Positions 40,355 through 53,086 of a DNA stretch of 64,000 bases are shown here, in pieces; position 1 is the stretch's first letter; every line of letters begins with the position of its first letter. The notes under the pieces were generated by a model that was not told the DNA's origin, did no database searches, and saw only the letters and a list, made by a program, of their open reading frames with translations. This DNA comes from Octopus vulgaris (lineage: Eukaryota): the NCBI GenBank assembly GCA_951406725.2, contig OX597821.1, positions 83,018,001 through 83,082,000 of the forward strand, written 5' to 3'. The translations under genes and the position numbers were made by a program.

Positions 40355-41010
40355 CAGACAGTCACTAGTTTCCTCAAAATCTAGTTTCTATAAAGTAAAT
40401 GTTACCCACTTTTGAATGTGTTTTTAATAAGAGAGGCTTATCTTGAATGCGTATTTATAGCAAAGATATAAAAAAATGATAGGAGGTCAGTCTAATCTTG
40501 TTTCTTCGTGTCCATGTCTAAGAGGCTGTGACAAGCAACCAGGATAAAGCAATATTATGATATGATATGATTGGTCGACAACGATATTTTGAAGAACGAA
40601 GGCTGGGTGCCAAACTGGGAGTAATGAGTAACCTAAGAAAAGACTCGGTAAGCTATTTAATTCCGTGAAATTGTTTTCCACGTGAGGCAACTAATTTGGC
40701 ACACTTACTGCACCCGTTAAAATTGACCTTCGTTAAAAGGGTGTATGTGTGTGTGTGTATTTGTGAGTGTATGTGTGTGTGTGTGAGAGAGAGAGAGGGG
40801 GGGTATTTAATTCGTGTCATATGGAGCTTTTTTCTAAATGACATTTGAATACGTTACTGACTGGGGTGCAAGTTTATTAACGCACCCCTCACTCGAGGCG
40901 ATGGAGTCTTCGGGTTATTGTATCCGTTATTGTAGACTTCACTCACCCTCCCATTTGGTCATCAGTATTTGACTGATGCATCACAAACAAATACATTATA
41001 CAATAGTTAT
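40355..41010 (+). repeat. Unclassified repeat of about 700 bp, copy 2
   Basis: Collinear with 34495-35190. Confidence 0.85.
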
Positions 41011-41177
41011 TTTTCACGCGCGCACGTACATCCATTACACACACACACACATATATATATATATGACATTTGATTATGTTACTAACTGCTGTATAATTAT
41101 TTCTACATTGACATTCGTCTCTTGAGGCAATTGGAGAATTCGGTTGTCATAAAAATATGTAAAACAATAATATAATA

Positions 41178-41349
41178 GTTTCAAATTTTGGCACAAAGCC
41201 AGCAATTTCGAGGGTACTTATTTTATCGACCCTGAATGGGATGAAGGGCAAAGTCGACCTCAGCAGTATTTGAACTCAGAACGTAAAGACGGACGGAATG
41301 CCGTCGAGCATTTTGCCTGGTGTATTAACGATTCTGCCTGCTAGCCGCC
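41178..41349 (-). mobile_element. SINE family B
   Basis: Central domain match. Confidence 0.85.
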
Positions 41350-41423
41350 ATGTTATTTACTAATAATATTGGCCAACAAAATGAACTTCTCTTTCTCTCT
41401 TCCTCCTCTCTTCCTCTCCCCCC

Positions 41424-41498
<75 letters not shown>

Positions 41499-41769
41499 CT
41501 CATTCAGTATATTCATGTATGTATGTATGTATGTTATGTATGTATGTATGTATGTATGTGTGTATGTATGTATGTATGCATGCATGCATGCATGTATGTA
41601 TGTATGTATGTATGTATGTATGTATGTGTGTATGTATGTGTGTATGTCAATGAATATCGACATGTATAGTTGCCTATATGTGCTTCTTTTATGTCACTCG
41701 GCACGTGGATCTGTTGGTCATCCTTTGCTGGTTCTTGGTACCTGACCATCTTCTAATTATCTTATGTTA

Positions 41770-41996
41770 TGTTTTTACTGCCCACAAGGGGCTACACACA
41801 GAGGGGACAAACAAGGACAGACAAACGGATTAAGTCGATTATATCGACCCCAGTGCGTAACTGGTACTTATTTAATCGACCCCGAAAGGATGAAAGGCAA
41901 AGTCGTCCTCGGCGGAATTCGAACTCAGAACGTAGCGGCAGACGAAATACCGCTAAGCATTTCGCCCAGCGTGCTAATGTTTCTGCCAGCTCGCCA
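41770..41996 (-). mobile_element. SINE family B with an alternative 3' tail
   Basis: Head and centre match 47648; tail (CCCACAAGGGGCTA...GGACAGACAAACGG on the plus strand) differs. Confidence 0.9.
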
Positions 41997-42329
41997 TCTT
42001 CTAACTATCGTTAATCTCTTCTCACCTTTGCCTTACTTTCATGCAAAGTGGATTAGGGTTATGTCTTTTAAGAACTTCTTCCCCAGCTCTAACATTGCCA
42101 TTTTACTAAAAGACACAAACACAAGCGCAACGTAGATTCTCGAAACATTTAGTTCAAAAGCCTTTACGGATTATTGATTTTAGCGAACCAGTGGTTGTCA
42201 CCTTGGCCAATACACTCTAAATTAAACAAATATTAAATTTACTTAAATAATTAAGCTAAATACAGATATCTGAACGTTAGTGTAAATTAGTACAAATCAT
42301 AAGAAGTTGCTGGCCTGTACTAGTTAACC

Positions 42330-42935
<606 letters not shown>

Positions 42936-42939
42936 GATG

Positions 42940-43235
42940 GACTCTCCCGTCGAAAAGGACGTATGCGCGTTCAGCTTTTGCCGAACGATCTGCACAAATG
43001 ATTTGTTTGTAGTGATCAAGTGTTCGTGCCGCACATTAGCTCACTCTCTCTCCATCAAATTGACGTTGTTCGAATAAGGTACACTGTGTGCCACACGTCA
43101 GGTGTCGAAGTGATCGCGTGATCGCAGAACAACATGAGATGAAGTGTTTTGCTCAAGAATGCAACGTACCACCCAGTCTAGGAATTGAAACCACGATCGG
43201 TGAATCGTGAGTGCAACACCCTAACTACTAGGCCC
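42940..43235 (-). mobile_element. SINE family C variant
   Basis: GAAGTGTTTTGCTCAAGAA..CAACG...GGAATTGAAACCAC...CCCTAAC.ACTA shared with 61750-61840. Confidence 0.75.
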
Positions 43236-43782
43236 TTACGCATGTATGTATGCAGTACCAGGCAGAGGCTTTCGTAGCTTCTGATCTTAACTGATTGGAA
43301 GTGTTATCATGTACATTGTTTTGACTTGGTATAAAAGATGGGCTACAGCAAATATTCTGCTCAATACCACAGATTTGCTTGTCAGTTGTTTGACCTTAAC
43401 CAGTTGAGCATGTCCCTTAGTGGCTGACGATATGTGCATCTCTGATCACGAGCAGAAGTAGAGGGGAGAACATCATAGCCATGTGTTGAGAGGGATTCTT
43501 TGGGGTTTGAATAATTCACCTCTGGAAACATGGGCGTTTCGTTCAACATCTTTAAACAATCCTTATTCAGGGACCTTTTGAGCGGGATGGGTTACTCGAC
43601 CAGAAGAAAATTCTAACTGGGCCCCACCTGCAAGATCATGTGCTGTTTATCTTGATATGAGATCACCATGTCGCGCACATATGGTTGTGATGCATGTGCC
43701 TGGTGTACCCTTATCAGACGTGTAGTCATGATGGGCATACTGGGCTTCGTATATTTTACCCCAGTGTCACTTTGATGGCATC

Positions 43783-44884
43783 ATATCATCAGATGAAAGG
43801 ATGAGCCTATATGAGTAGAAGACTATGCATGGATATGTTAGTAGAAAGCTCCGTGATGATAGTAACATCGATCATCAAAGCAATTTATCATGGACCAAGA
43901 GCCGGATTACTACCTCCCACTTTGAAGGGTATGCGTTTGCATTCCAGGAACAGGAAATATCAACCAAGTACCTGATGCACAAAGGGATAGAGATGCGGGT
44001 AAAACCGTAAAGTGTGACAACCGATGCAGACTTTGTGGTGTTAACACCGAAGATATCAGCCACATCATAAGAAGTTGTCCGAAAATATCATTACGGTATA
44101 ATTTACTGATGAGACATGATATTGTAACTAGGACACTCTGTAATGAAGTCAGTCAGAAGGATAACTCCGAGGACAAAGAAATAAGATTCCACAGTATGGT
44201 AGAAACCATAGCCACTCATAATAAAAAGGAATACTGATGGAATGTACCTGTGAAGACCTCAATAAAATGTAAGCACAACAGACCTGATATAATAATTTGG
44301 GATAGAGAAAAGAAACTGTGCACAGTTGTGGAAATTAGCTGCCCAATGGATGTTAACATAAAGCTGAAGATCAGTGAAAAAGAGAACACCTATGCTGAAC
44401 TATTGAGAAATCTGCAGTTGCTCTATCCAGATTACAAGTCCAGGTTTATATCAATAATTATTGGGGCTCTGGGATATGTAACACACTACCTAAATACCAA
44501 TCTTGAGAAATTAGGCTTCTCAAAACCAAAAAGGAGAAAGCTGATTCGAAGACTACAGATCCAATCCATCACTGGGACTGTAAAAATTTGCAAAACTTTC
44601 CAGAAGTTTATCATTTAAATATGTATGAGTATGTCTGGATGTGTAACTATACCCATGAGAATACATACATAAAACATACAAATCTGCACATACATACATA
44701 CACACATACATACATACATACAAACATGCATACATACATACATCTATGCATGCATACATGCATGTATACAAACAAAAACACCCTGTTGTTGATGTTGAAA
44801 TTCCATTGAAGGAGCCTTGGATCTAGGTTAGAAACCGGTTCTTTCTCTATTGGCAAGAAATCTTGAAATAAACTGAATAATGAC
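43783..44884 (+). mobile_element. 5'-truncated RLE-type non-LTR retrotransposon with (ACAT)n tail
   Basis: MHGY, QEQEI, CRLCG..ED..HI..C, MRHD, HNRPDI, VVEISCP, IIIGALG; 3' UTR runs into (ACAT)n. Confidence 0.92.
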
Positions 44885-45073
44885 ATACATACATACATAC
44901 ATGCATGCATGCATGCATGCATACATACATACATGCATACATACATGCATACATACATACATACATACATGCATGCATGCATACATACATACATACATAC
45001 ATACATACTTACATACATACATACATACATGCATGCATGCATGCATGCATCCATCCATCCATCCATCCATCCA

Positions 45074-45104
<31 letters not shown>

Positions 45105-45106
<2 letters not shown>

Positions 45107-46277
45107 GATGGCTGCCCCTCGTTATCGAGTATGGCCATTGCACGAAGCTTAACTGTTATTGGTGCTGTGATCGAATGTAACTTTTTAGCCCAGCTAAAGA
45201 TCTACAATGTCTTATACAGAATTGGCAACTAAAACCTTTACTGGCAATAGCCGGCTGTAGTTGTAACTGGGCTTCATGTACCTTTGCATCTCGTTTAAGT
45301 CCTCCTGCCGAATTACACTCTATTCCACATGCCCGACAGATATGATTAGTATGGTGTGTAACACCATCACCAGTGGCCAGGTTGTCACTCATCTGTCTCG
45401 CTTTATGACTACGAAGATGACTCTTGAGTACAGCTTTACTGAGGCAGGGTCTTGCACAGACACTGCATGTCAGCATCATAGGAAGACCCTTCCCATCTGG
45501 AAGTGTAACAACGATGCCCTTCCTGACATCCCTCCTTACTTTCTCATGCGCAACTCGAGATTTCTCAAAAGTAGCTGTCCCCTCGTGCACAATCCTTCTC
45601 CACCTGCTACGATCAATAGCTATGCCCTCCCATGTGTCAGGAGAGATGCAAGCATCTCTTAAGGAAGCCTTCAGCAAGTCTTTATACCTCTTTTTTGGTT
45701 TGTGTGGAGGTCGTTCTCCTTTAGCTAACACTCCATAAAAGAGTTGTTTTGGCATTCTTGAATCCTTCATCCTGACCAGATGACCACTCCATCTGAGCCT
45801 TTGCCTTAACACAAGAGCTTCTATACTTTCGCACTGAGAGCCTTCCAATATTTCAAGATCACTGATGCGGTCCTCCCACTTAATGCCGTACATCCGTCTG
45901 AGACACATCTGATGGAAACGTTCCAGTTGTTTAAGGTCTCACAGGCATAGAGAAGAGAAGGGAGCATACATGCCTTGTACACCTTTATCTTTGTCTTTCT
46001 GCATATGTCTCGCCGACTCCAGAGGCGCCTTTCTAGCCTTCCGAAATCATCACTTACTTTCCTAATTCTGTATGGAATTTCATCAATCAAATTGCTATAT
46101 CTATTAACAGTGCTTCCCAAGTAGACAAACTGATCAACTACATCAAGTCGTTTACCATACACATAGATATTTGGTACACTATACTGTTTACCAGGGGCAG
46201 GTTGGTACATGACAACAGTTTTCTTGAGACTGACTGTCAATCCTAAGGCAGTGCAAGCATCAGAGAATGCATTCAGA
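45105..46277 (-). mobile_element. 5'-truncated RTE-clade LINE with three C-terminal C2H2-like fingers
   Basis: GLTVSLKKTVVM, FVYLGS, LLYACET, LRWSGHLVRM...RMPKQLFYG; 3' GGGCAGCCATCAT; flanked by (ACAT)n. Confidence 0.93.
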
Positions 46278-46298
46278 ATACATACATTCATACATACA

Positions 46299-46332
<34 letters not shown>

Positions 46333-46514
46333 CATACATACACGCTTGCATACGAGGGTTGGCTGGAACGTTCATAGGCTGATCGAGATACCCTTATGGA
46401 ATGTGGCCATTTAAGGTTTTCTTTTCAACATAGTCCACACCCTTGGGTGTTGCAGTGCTTGGATTCCGTTAGTGAAGCTTTCATTCTGTTGCTGAAAAAT
46501 GTCATCAAATGTTA

Positions 46515-46675
46515 TAGGCGTAGGAGGGGCTGTGTGGTAAGTAGCTTGCTTACCGACCTCATGGTTCCAGATTCAGTCCCACTTGGGAAAGTGTCTTCTA
46601 CTATAGCCTCGGGCCGACCAAAGCCTTGTGAGTGGATTTGGTAGATGGAAACTGAAAGAAGTCTGTCGTATATGT

Positions 46676-46741
<66 letters not shown>

Positions 46742-46930
46742 ATATGTTTGTGTGTCTGTGTTTGTCCCCCCAATATCGCTTGACAACCGATGCTGATGTG
46801 TTTACGTCCCCGTAACGATCGAATAAGTACTAGGCTTTCAAAGAATAAGTCCTGGGGTCGATTTGCTCGACTAAAGGCGGTGCTCCAGCATGGCCACAGT
46901 CAAATGACTGAAACAAGTAAAAGTGTAAAA
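46515..46930 (+). mobile_element. SINE family A inside the mariner
   Basis: Head-to-tail match with a small internal deletion. Confidence 0.92.
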
Positions 46931-47647
46931 GTAACAGTAGCTATGACGTCATCATCACTGCGATATTTGTCCCCAGCCAAATGTTTTTTCATGTTGGGGA
47001 ATAAATGATAGTCAGATGGTGACAAACCAGGAGAATAGGGAGGGGGATCAAGACGTTTAAAGCCAGAGTCAAGCACAGCAGCCATTGAAACCAAAGACTT
47101 GTATGCTGGAGAATTGTGCGGTTGAAACGACCCCTTCCATCAGTTTCCATGGGCGTTTGGCCTCGATAAGCTTTCATAACTGTCTCAGTAAGTTGGGGGT
47201 GTGATTCTTTTGAAGATAGTCAATAAACGCAATACTTTTTGCATCCCAAAAACCTGAGGCCATCAGCTTTCTTGTAGATGAAACGACGTTGGCAGTCTTT
47301 GGAGCGGAGGAGTGGTGTTTCCACTGCATGGATTGTCTTCGGCTCAAAGTGATGAATCCAACACTCACCGTAGGATAGGAAACATCCAAGGAAACCAGCT
47401 GGATCTGCCTGAAACAATGTCATATTTTCCCGTAATGTGGTCATCAAGTGCGCTTTTGATCAGGTTCAGAAGACATGGCACCCACCAAGCAGAAACCTTC
47501 GTCGTTCCAGGTTCATTGAGCAGAATATTCTCAGCTTTCTCACGGAATAAGCTAATAGCATTAACTCTTTGATTTATAGTCGTATTTTTTAAAATTTTAT
47601 TTTTGAGTGCGCCGTATTTTTTTATTTCTTTAATTTATAGTCGATCG

Positions 47648-47865
47648 AAGGCGGCGACCTGGCAGAAACGTTAGCACGCCGGGCGAAATGCTTACCTGTA
47701 TTTCGTCTGTCTTTACGTTCTGAGTTCAAATTCCACCGAGGTCGACTTTGCCTTTCATCCTTTCGGGGTCGATAAATTAAGTACCAGTTGCGTACTGGAG
47801 TCGATCTAATCGATTGGTCCCCTCCCCAAAAATTTCGGGCCTTGTCCCTACAGTAGAAAAGGAAA
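47648..47865 (+). mobile_element. SINE family B inside the mariner, 17-bp TSD
   Basis: TAATTTATAGTC(G/A)ATCG at 47631-47647 and 47866-47882. Confidence 0.95.
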
Positions 47866-48222
47866 TAATTTATAGTCAATCGCCTGTCATTCATCTGCAC
47901 GTGGTGAACACGCTTAATGTTTTCTTCGGTGGTGACAGTTGCAGGACGTCCAGATCTTGGATAATCTTGAAGAGTCTCTCTTCTCCTCGTAGATTCAGCT
48001 GGCCACTTTTTCAATGTTGATAAAGCTGATGCGTTATCTCCTAATGTGGCAACCATGTCAGCGTGAATGTCCTGGGGGGTGGGGTGCTTTTTCTGCAGGT
48101 ATTTGATTAACAGTACGATGCCAAATTTTGTCGATTTTCAAGAGAAGTTGCTACTAGTTATTTTTGAAGTGTGCTTTGAATGGCTAGCTGTTAGTTTACC
48201 TGGAAAGAAACAATGCAATTAC

Positions 48223-48588
48223 TAACAAGACCACCCAGAGAGCAAAACCTCCGCCAAGGCAACACCAACTTCCTCTCAATGATTTGCCAGAGATGACTTT
48301 TAAAATGAGAATATCTGAAATAAACTTGACTGCTCTCACAAACGAGAATACCAAAAATGAACTCGACCGCTCTCAAAAGTAAAAAAATCGGAAAAATAAT
48401 AAAGAATCCTTGTTTGGTACCAGATCAATCCCAAAACCTAATCGGTTCGTACCAGTCACGAGGCCAAAGATCCCTGAAAGTTTCATCAGAATCCAACCAG
48501 CGGTTCTTGAGATATCTTGTCCATGGACAAACAAACAAACAAACGTGACTGAAAACAATACCTCCGCCTTCGGTAAGGCGGCGGTAAT
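48223..48588. mobile_element. Helentron-associated (HINE-like) non-autonomous element inside the mariner
   Basis: Subterminal ACCTCCGCC near 48247 and terminal hairpin TACCTCCGCCTT-CGGT-AAGGCGGCGGTA at 48559-48586. Confidence 0.6.
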
Positions 48589-48655
48589 TAAGAAGAGCTT
48601 AAATTAATGTATGCAGGACTTCACTGAACTTTTCAGCACACACTAGTATACTTCC

Positions 48656-48689
<34 letters not shown>

Positions 48690-49122
48690 CGTGTATTTAA
48701 TGACTCTAGCTCCTGCTCCTCACCATAATTTTGTTAGTTGCTATTGGTTAACTCGACGTAATACGTCATCGCTGTTTGCATTATCTCGTCTACTGATACC
48801 CAAGATTCTTCATGAAAGACATCGTTTATCAAAGTACGTCATTTCTGAACAATACATTTATATTCAAAGTAATTTTTTTCACTGGAGATATCTGAATGCT
48901 TTGTTCTGCTGGTGATGTTACTGAAAATTGATATACAGTGGGCATCATTGTACTGCTTGTTATTGCAGAGATTGCAACTCTGCGCATCGTTAAACTTAAG
49001 AATGTTTGTGTCGGAAGTATTTCTCAAATTTTAGCCTCATTAACACAGATATTCAATTCAAGTTAAATTAGCGTTAGCATAATTTGTTGTTTTAACATAT
49101 CTAATCATGTTTTTTTTTATTT

Positions 49123-49432
49123 ATGCGCCCTTTTCAAGCCTAGCCAGGCTCATGGGCCCGGTTTCCCAGTTTCTATGGCGTATGTGCCCCCCCCCCCCAG
49201 CTGGACGGGATGCCAGTCCATCGCAGCTTTACTCAAGGAACGGGAAGAAAGAGTGAGAGAAAGATGCGGCGAAAGAGTACAACAGGGGTCACCACCACCC
49301 CTTGCCGGAGCCTCGTGGAGCTTTTAGGTGTTTTCGCTCAATAAACACGCACAACGCCCGGTCTGGGAATCGAAACCGCGATCCTCCGACCGCGAGTCCG
49401 CTGCCCTAACCACTGGGCCATTACGCCTCCAC
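49123..49432 (-). mobile_element. tRNA-derived SINE related to family C
   Basis: Minus-strand head GGAGGCGTAATGGCCCAGTGGTTAGGG...GGTTTCGATTCCC; tail shared with 61615-61710. Confidence 0.88.
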
Positions 49433-50542
49433 ATTTAATCATGTACTGGGCATTAAAAATTTAATTACAAATCCTTGTATGATGAAGAGACAACATTAGG
49501 TGCATGACAAATGCCATTGTAATTATTTTAACAACTACATGGGACAACTCCTCATATGTTTCGGTATTATTAGTCCTCCTCGGTCAAGCATTGGTTTTTT
49601 TTACATGTTTGATTTAGGAACCAGTATCGGAAAGCCTCTCTCTTCATCCACCTTTCTCTTTTTCCTCCCTCCATTCCCACCCTGTTTCTCCCTCCCTCCC
49701 TCTCTGCATTTTATTTATCCTTCTCTGACAGTATTTCTTTCTTTTAATAAATATAATCTTTTGTTTTACCATCAACTACTAACTCTTCACAAAGTTCAAA
49801 TAAAACTTACTATGGAACACTGCTCCCTCATTTAGGACAGTTCTATTGCCTCATGCACAAACATTCATGATCTCATCCCTCTTGATCAACACTCTATAGC
49901 CTCTAGCCCACAGGATGCTGTCTCCTCAATCAGTCAAAAGTATCATTACAAATCAGCCCTTCGTTCCTCTGAACTAAAAATGCTTGCCATCTCCTCTCAA
50001 GTCCATCTGGCATTCCTTCTTTAGTCACTTATAATATATCTCGTAACAAATGCATCACATGCTGTAATACTCCAATTAGCGCTCTGGTTACGTTCCTAAA
50101 AAATACTAGGCTAAACGAAACCGTGTTAGATGGGGTCATTATAAACGGCGTTTATAGAGATACCAACTCTATAAGCAATTTTTAACTATAACACAAATTC
50201 AAAAGACGATAATAGACATAGCCATACTACTAAAAAAAGAAAAAAATACACAGAAACTCGCTGTCGCGCCTTTCAAGCACTTAATAACTTGAGATAATCG
50301 CACACAATGTGATGTTATGCACTGTGATCTAAAGTTATGATAAAATTCCAAAACAATCTGTAATTAAGATCTAATGTTATAAAATTATAAATAGGTTAAA
50401 TTAATCAATTTTAATCACAAGTACATTGACCTACTCACCATTGAATTCAGCTAAATATCAATACTGAGAAATATAAGGTGATATATCTGGGATGGGGTTT
50501 CAAGATGTCGTTCTTTCTTGTGTATTGGATGCTTTTTAAAAA

Positions 50543-50650
50543 CTGCGTCTAATGCCATCTGTGCCTAATGTCGTCTGCGTCTAATGTCGTCTGCGTCAAA
50601 TATATGTCTCTACAGTTGTTTGCGTCTAATGGTGTCTGTATCTCACGTCG
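50543..50650. repeat. Degenerate tandem repeat of about 15-16 bp (TGCGTCTAATGTCGTC)
   Basis: About 5 units, direct reading. Confidence 0.75.
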
Positions 50651-50807
50651 TCGGTATTTTCTTGAGTCTTTTACTCACTAAGCAATTCACAGAGTTTCAT
50701 GTTCAGAACGCCTGTCTTTGTCTTGCTGCAGTGTGGAATCGTTTTCAGTAAATTACTCCTGGATTTCCGCAGTCTTGTTATTGAGTTATTCAGAAATAAA
50801 ATTTCTT

Positions 50808-51668
50808 GGATCTTTTCCTTTTGAAAGGCACTTTGTAACATAATTTCTGGTTAACTAAACACTTTTAAACTTCGTATACTGGTAGAATGTGTTTATAAGA
50901 CATCATTTTTTCTTGGCTTTATTGAGAAAATTCTATAGGTTGTAAGATATTTCGTCTGAAATTTCGAGCATTTCGGCAATTTTAACCAATCGCTGGAGTC
51001 CATTTAGGTAAACAACATTCCGTGCTGTATGAATATGTCCCTCCTTTAAGAAACAGATTGGGTTTATTTACATTCGTGAAGAAAAAAAGATACCCTTCCC
51101 CAACCCCTAACCCTAACCCTAACCCTAACTAACCCTAAATAACCCTAACCCTAAATCTAAAATAGATTGAAATGCAATAGATAGATACTAGGGCCATAAT
51201 TATGGGTGACATTTTCATTTGACACCGCTAGAAAAAAATCCCATTTTCCGTAGCGGTGTCGTATGAAATTGTCACCCATAATTATGGCCCTAGTATCGAT
51301 CTATTGCATTTCAATCTATTTTAGATTTAGGGTGAGAGTTAGGGTTAGTTAGGGTTAGGGTTAGGGTTAGGGGTGGGGGAAGGGTATATTTTTTCTTCAC
51401 AAAAGTAAATAAATCCAATCTGTTTCTTAAAGGAGGGACATATTCATACAGCACGGAATGTTGTTTACCTAAATGGACTCCAGCGATTGGTTAAAATTGC
51501 CGAAATGCTCGAAATTTCAGACGAAATATCTTACAACCTATAGAATTTTCTCAATAAAGCCAAGAAAAAATGATGTTTTATAAACACTTTCTACCAGTAT
51601 ACGAAATTTAAAAGTGTTTAGTTAACTAGAAATTGTGTTGAAAAGTGCCGTTCAAAAGGAAAAGATCC
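50808..51668. mobile_element. Palindromic (foldback) DNA transposon with (CCCTAA)n blocks and 8-bp TSD
   Basis: Inverted arms of about 420 bp, spacer of about 20 bp at 51231-51250; AATTTCTT at 50800-50807 and 51669-51676. Confidence 0.92.
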
Positions 51669-52039
51669 AATTTCTTTCTTACTGCTTCTACAATATATTT
51701 TACGGGTTAATTTTGGATGCTTTGGTGTGCTAACTGCTGCAGATCTTCAACAGATAAACGCTTACTACGTGACTTTGTTAACCCTATAAAATTTTTTGCA
51801 TTAACATCTTGCATTCTCCCTTCATTGACCTTCATTAACATCTTGCATTCTCCCTTCATTCTCCCATCAATAATATACGCTTAAGTCCAGGAGATCTCAC
51901 ACAATTAGATTTGCTTCTAGTCCATATAGTAATTTTTTCATAGTCTTTACGCTATCACAGCAAACTTTCAGTTACTGACCCTGTTTCGTTTTCCATTATG
52001 AACTGTTTCCCTTTTAACATTCTGGAGAAAAAAACGACG

Positions 52040-52230
52040 AGCTCGCACGCTGGAAAAAATACTTAGCGGCATTTCGTCCGTCTTTACGTTCTGAGTTCAA
52101 ATTTCGACTATGTCTTTCATCTCCTCGGAATTGATAAAATAAATACCAGTCGAGCAGTGGGATCGATGTAATCGACTTTACTCCACTCACGCCGAAATTG
52201 CTGGCCTTGTGCCAAAATTTGAAACCAATA
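52040..52230 (+). mobile_element. SINE family B
   Basis: TTACGTTCTGAGTTCAAAT...GAAATTGCTGGCCTTGTGCCAAAATTTGAAACC. Confidence 0.85.
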
Positions 52231-52901
52231 TTCTTGAGAAAATCACAAACATAACAAAATCCTAATTACTTCACCTCTATAATTCTGACATTTAATGCGT
52301 ATGTAAGAAATTATGAATCTATTGTTTTCTGTACTTGTTCGTCTTTATCATATCTCATGGCCTAGTTTTTAAGCCATTAGTTTATTATCAACCCCAGTTC
52401 ATATCATTAGCTACGCCTTTCTAGCTTATAAAGAATTAATCTAGTTTAAGCTTTTCGTTCTTTGCTTCTCCGTTAACGCATGAAATTTATATGACTATAT
52501 AGAATTTTAGCATTTCTGTCTTTTTCCCATATCTTCACCAAGAATTGTATTACAAGAGGCCCGTTTTATCATTACTTAGAACTAGCTGCTGGTAGCTTTC
52601 TTTATGTTCTCTGCTGCTGTGTATTTTTTTTCTGATACTTTAACTGTCATGTGAATTGCGTGCTATAGATAAACATTCCCGTATTTAGATCAAGGCCAGT
52701 ACTTAATTCAACACATATTTCTAATAAAGCATGGGACTAACGCTAGATTGGTGACTTAAAAGGTGAAAAATAAAAATAAAATGGAAGTTTCGTAGTTGTT
52801 CCTATTTAGTCAGTGATGGTTTGGTATGTTCGACTTGTATGATTTAGTAAAAGACCAGATCTGCTCTAAGACATAACCCTGGAAGTGAATCTAGGTTAGA
52901 G

Positions 52902-53086
52902 CAGTGCTCTGCAACCGGTATGCCGCAGAACACTAGTATGCTACGAGACGATGCTAGGTGTGCCGTGGTGTAACCCGAATAATTTTTACCCCTGTACTTT
53001 TAGTTACATTTTTAGTTCAGGTGTGCCGCCGAATTTTGAGAAGAATATAAGTGTACCGCAAATGAAAAAAAGGTTAGAGACCACTG
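52902..53086. mobile_element. hAT (Charlie-like) MITE, 185 bp
   Basis: TIRs CAGTGCTCTGCAACC / GGTTAGAGACCACTG; perfect 8-bp TSD GGTTAGAG at 52894-52901 and 53087-53094. Confidence 0.9.

Larger units (their letters stand above)
46351..48648 (-). mobile_element. Decayed mariner transposon with nested insertions
   Basis: PRSGRP HTH region, WVP motif, WIHHFEP, SMQWKH, FWDAK, PPYSPGLSPSDYHLFPNMKKHL; degenerate TIRs TACGAGGGTTGGCTGGAACGTTC / GAACTTTTCAGCACACACTAGTA with TA ends. Confidence 0.9.

Noticed and set aside
50543-50650. Short repeats as a CRISPR-like array
   Set aside because: Tandem units without unique spacers, eukaryotic context, no cas genes
51103-51372. Inverted telomere repeats as a chromosome fusion site
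   Set aside because: Blocks are short, embedded in long inverted arms with a TSD, and ordered CCCTAA then TTAGGG, opposite to an end-to-end fusion
51798-51860. 28-bp local duplication (similar ones at 25638-25709 and 21470-21505)
   Set aside because: Ordinary slippage duplications
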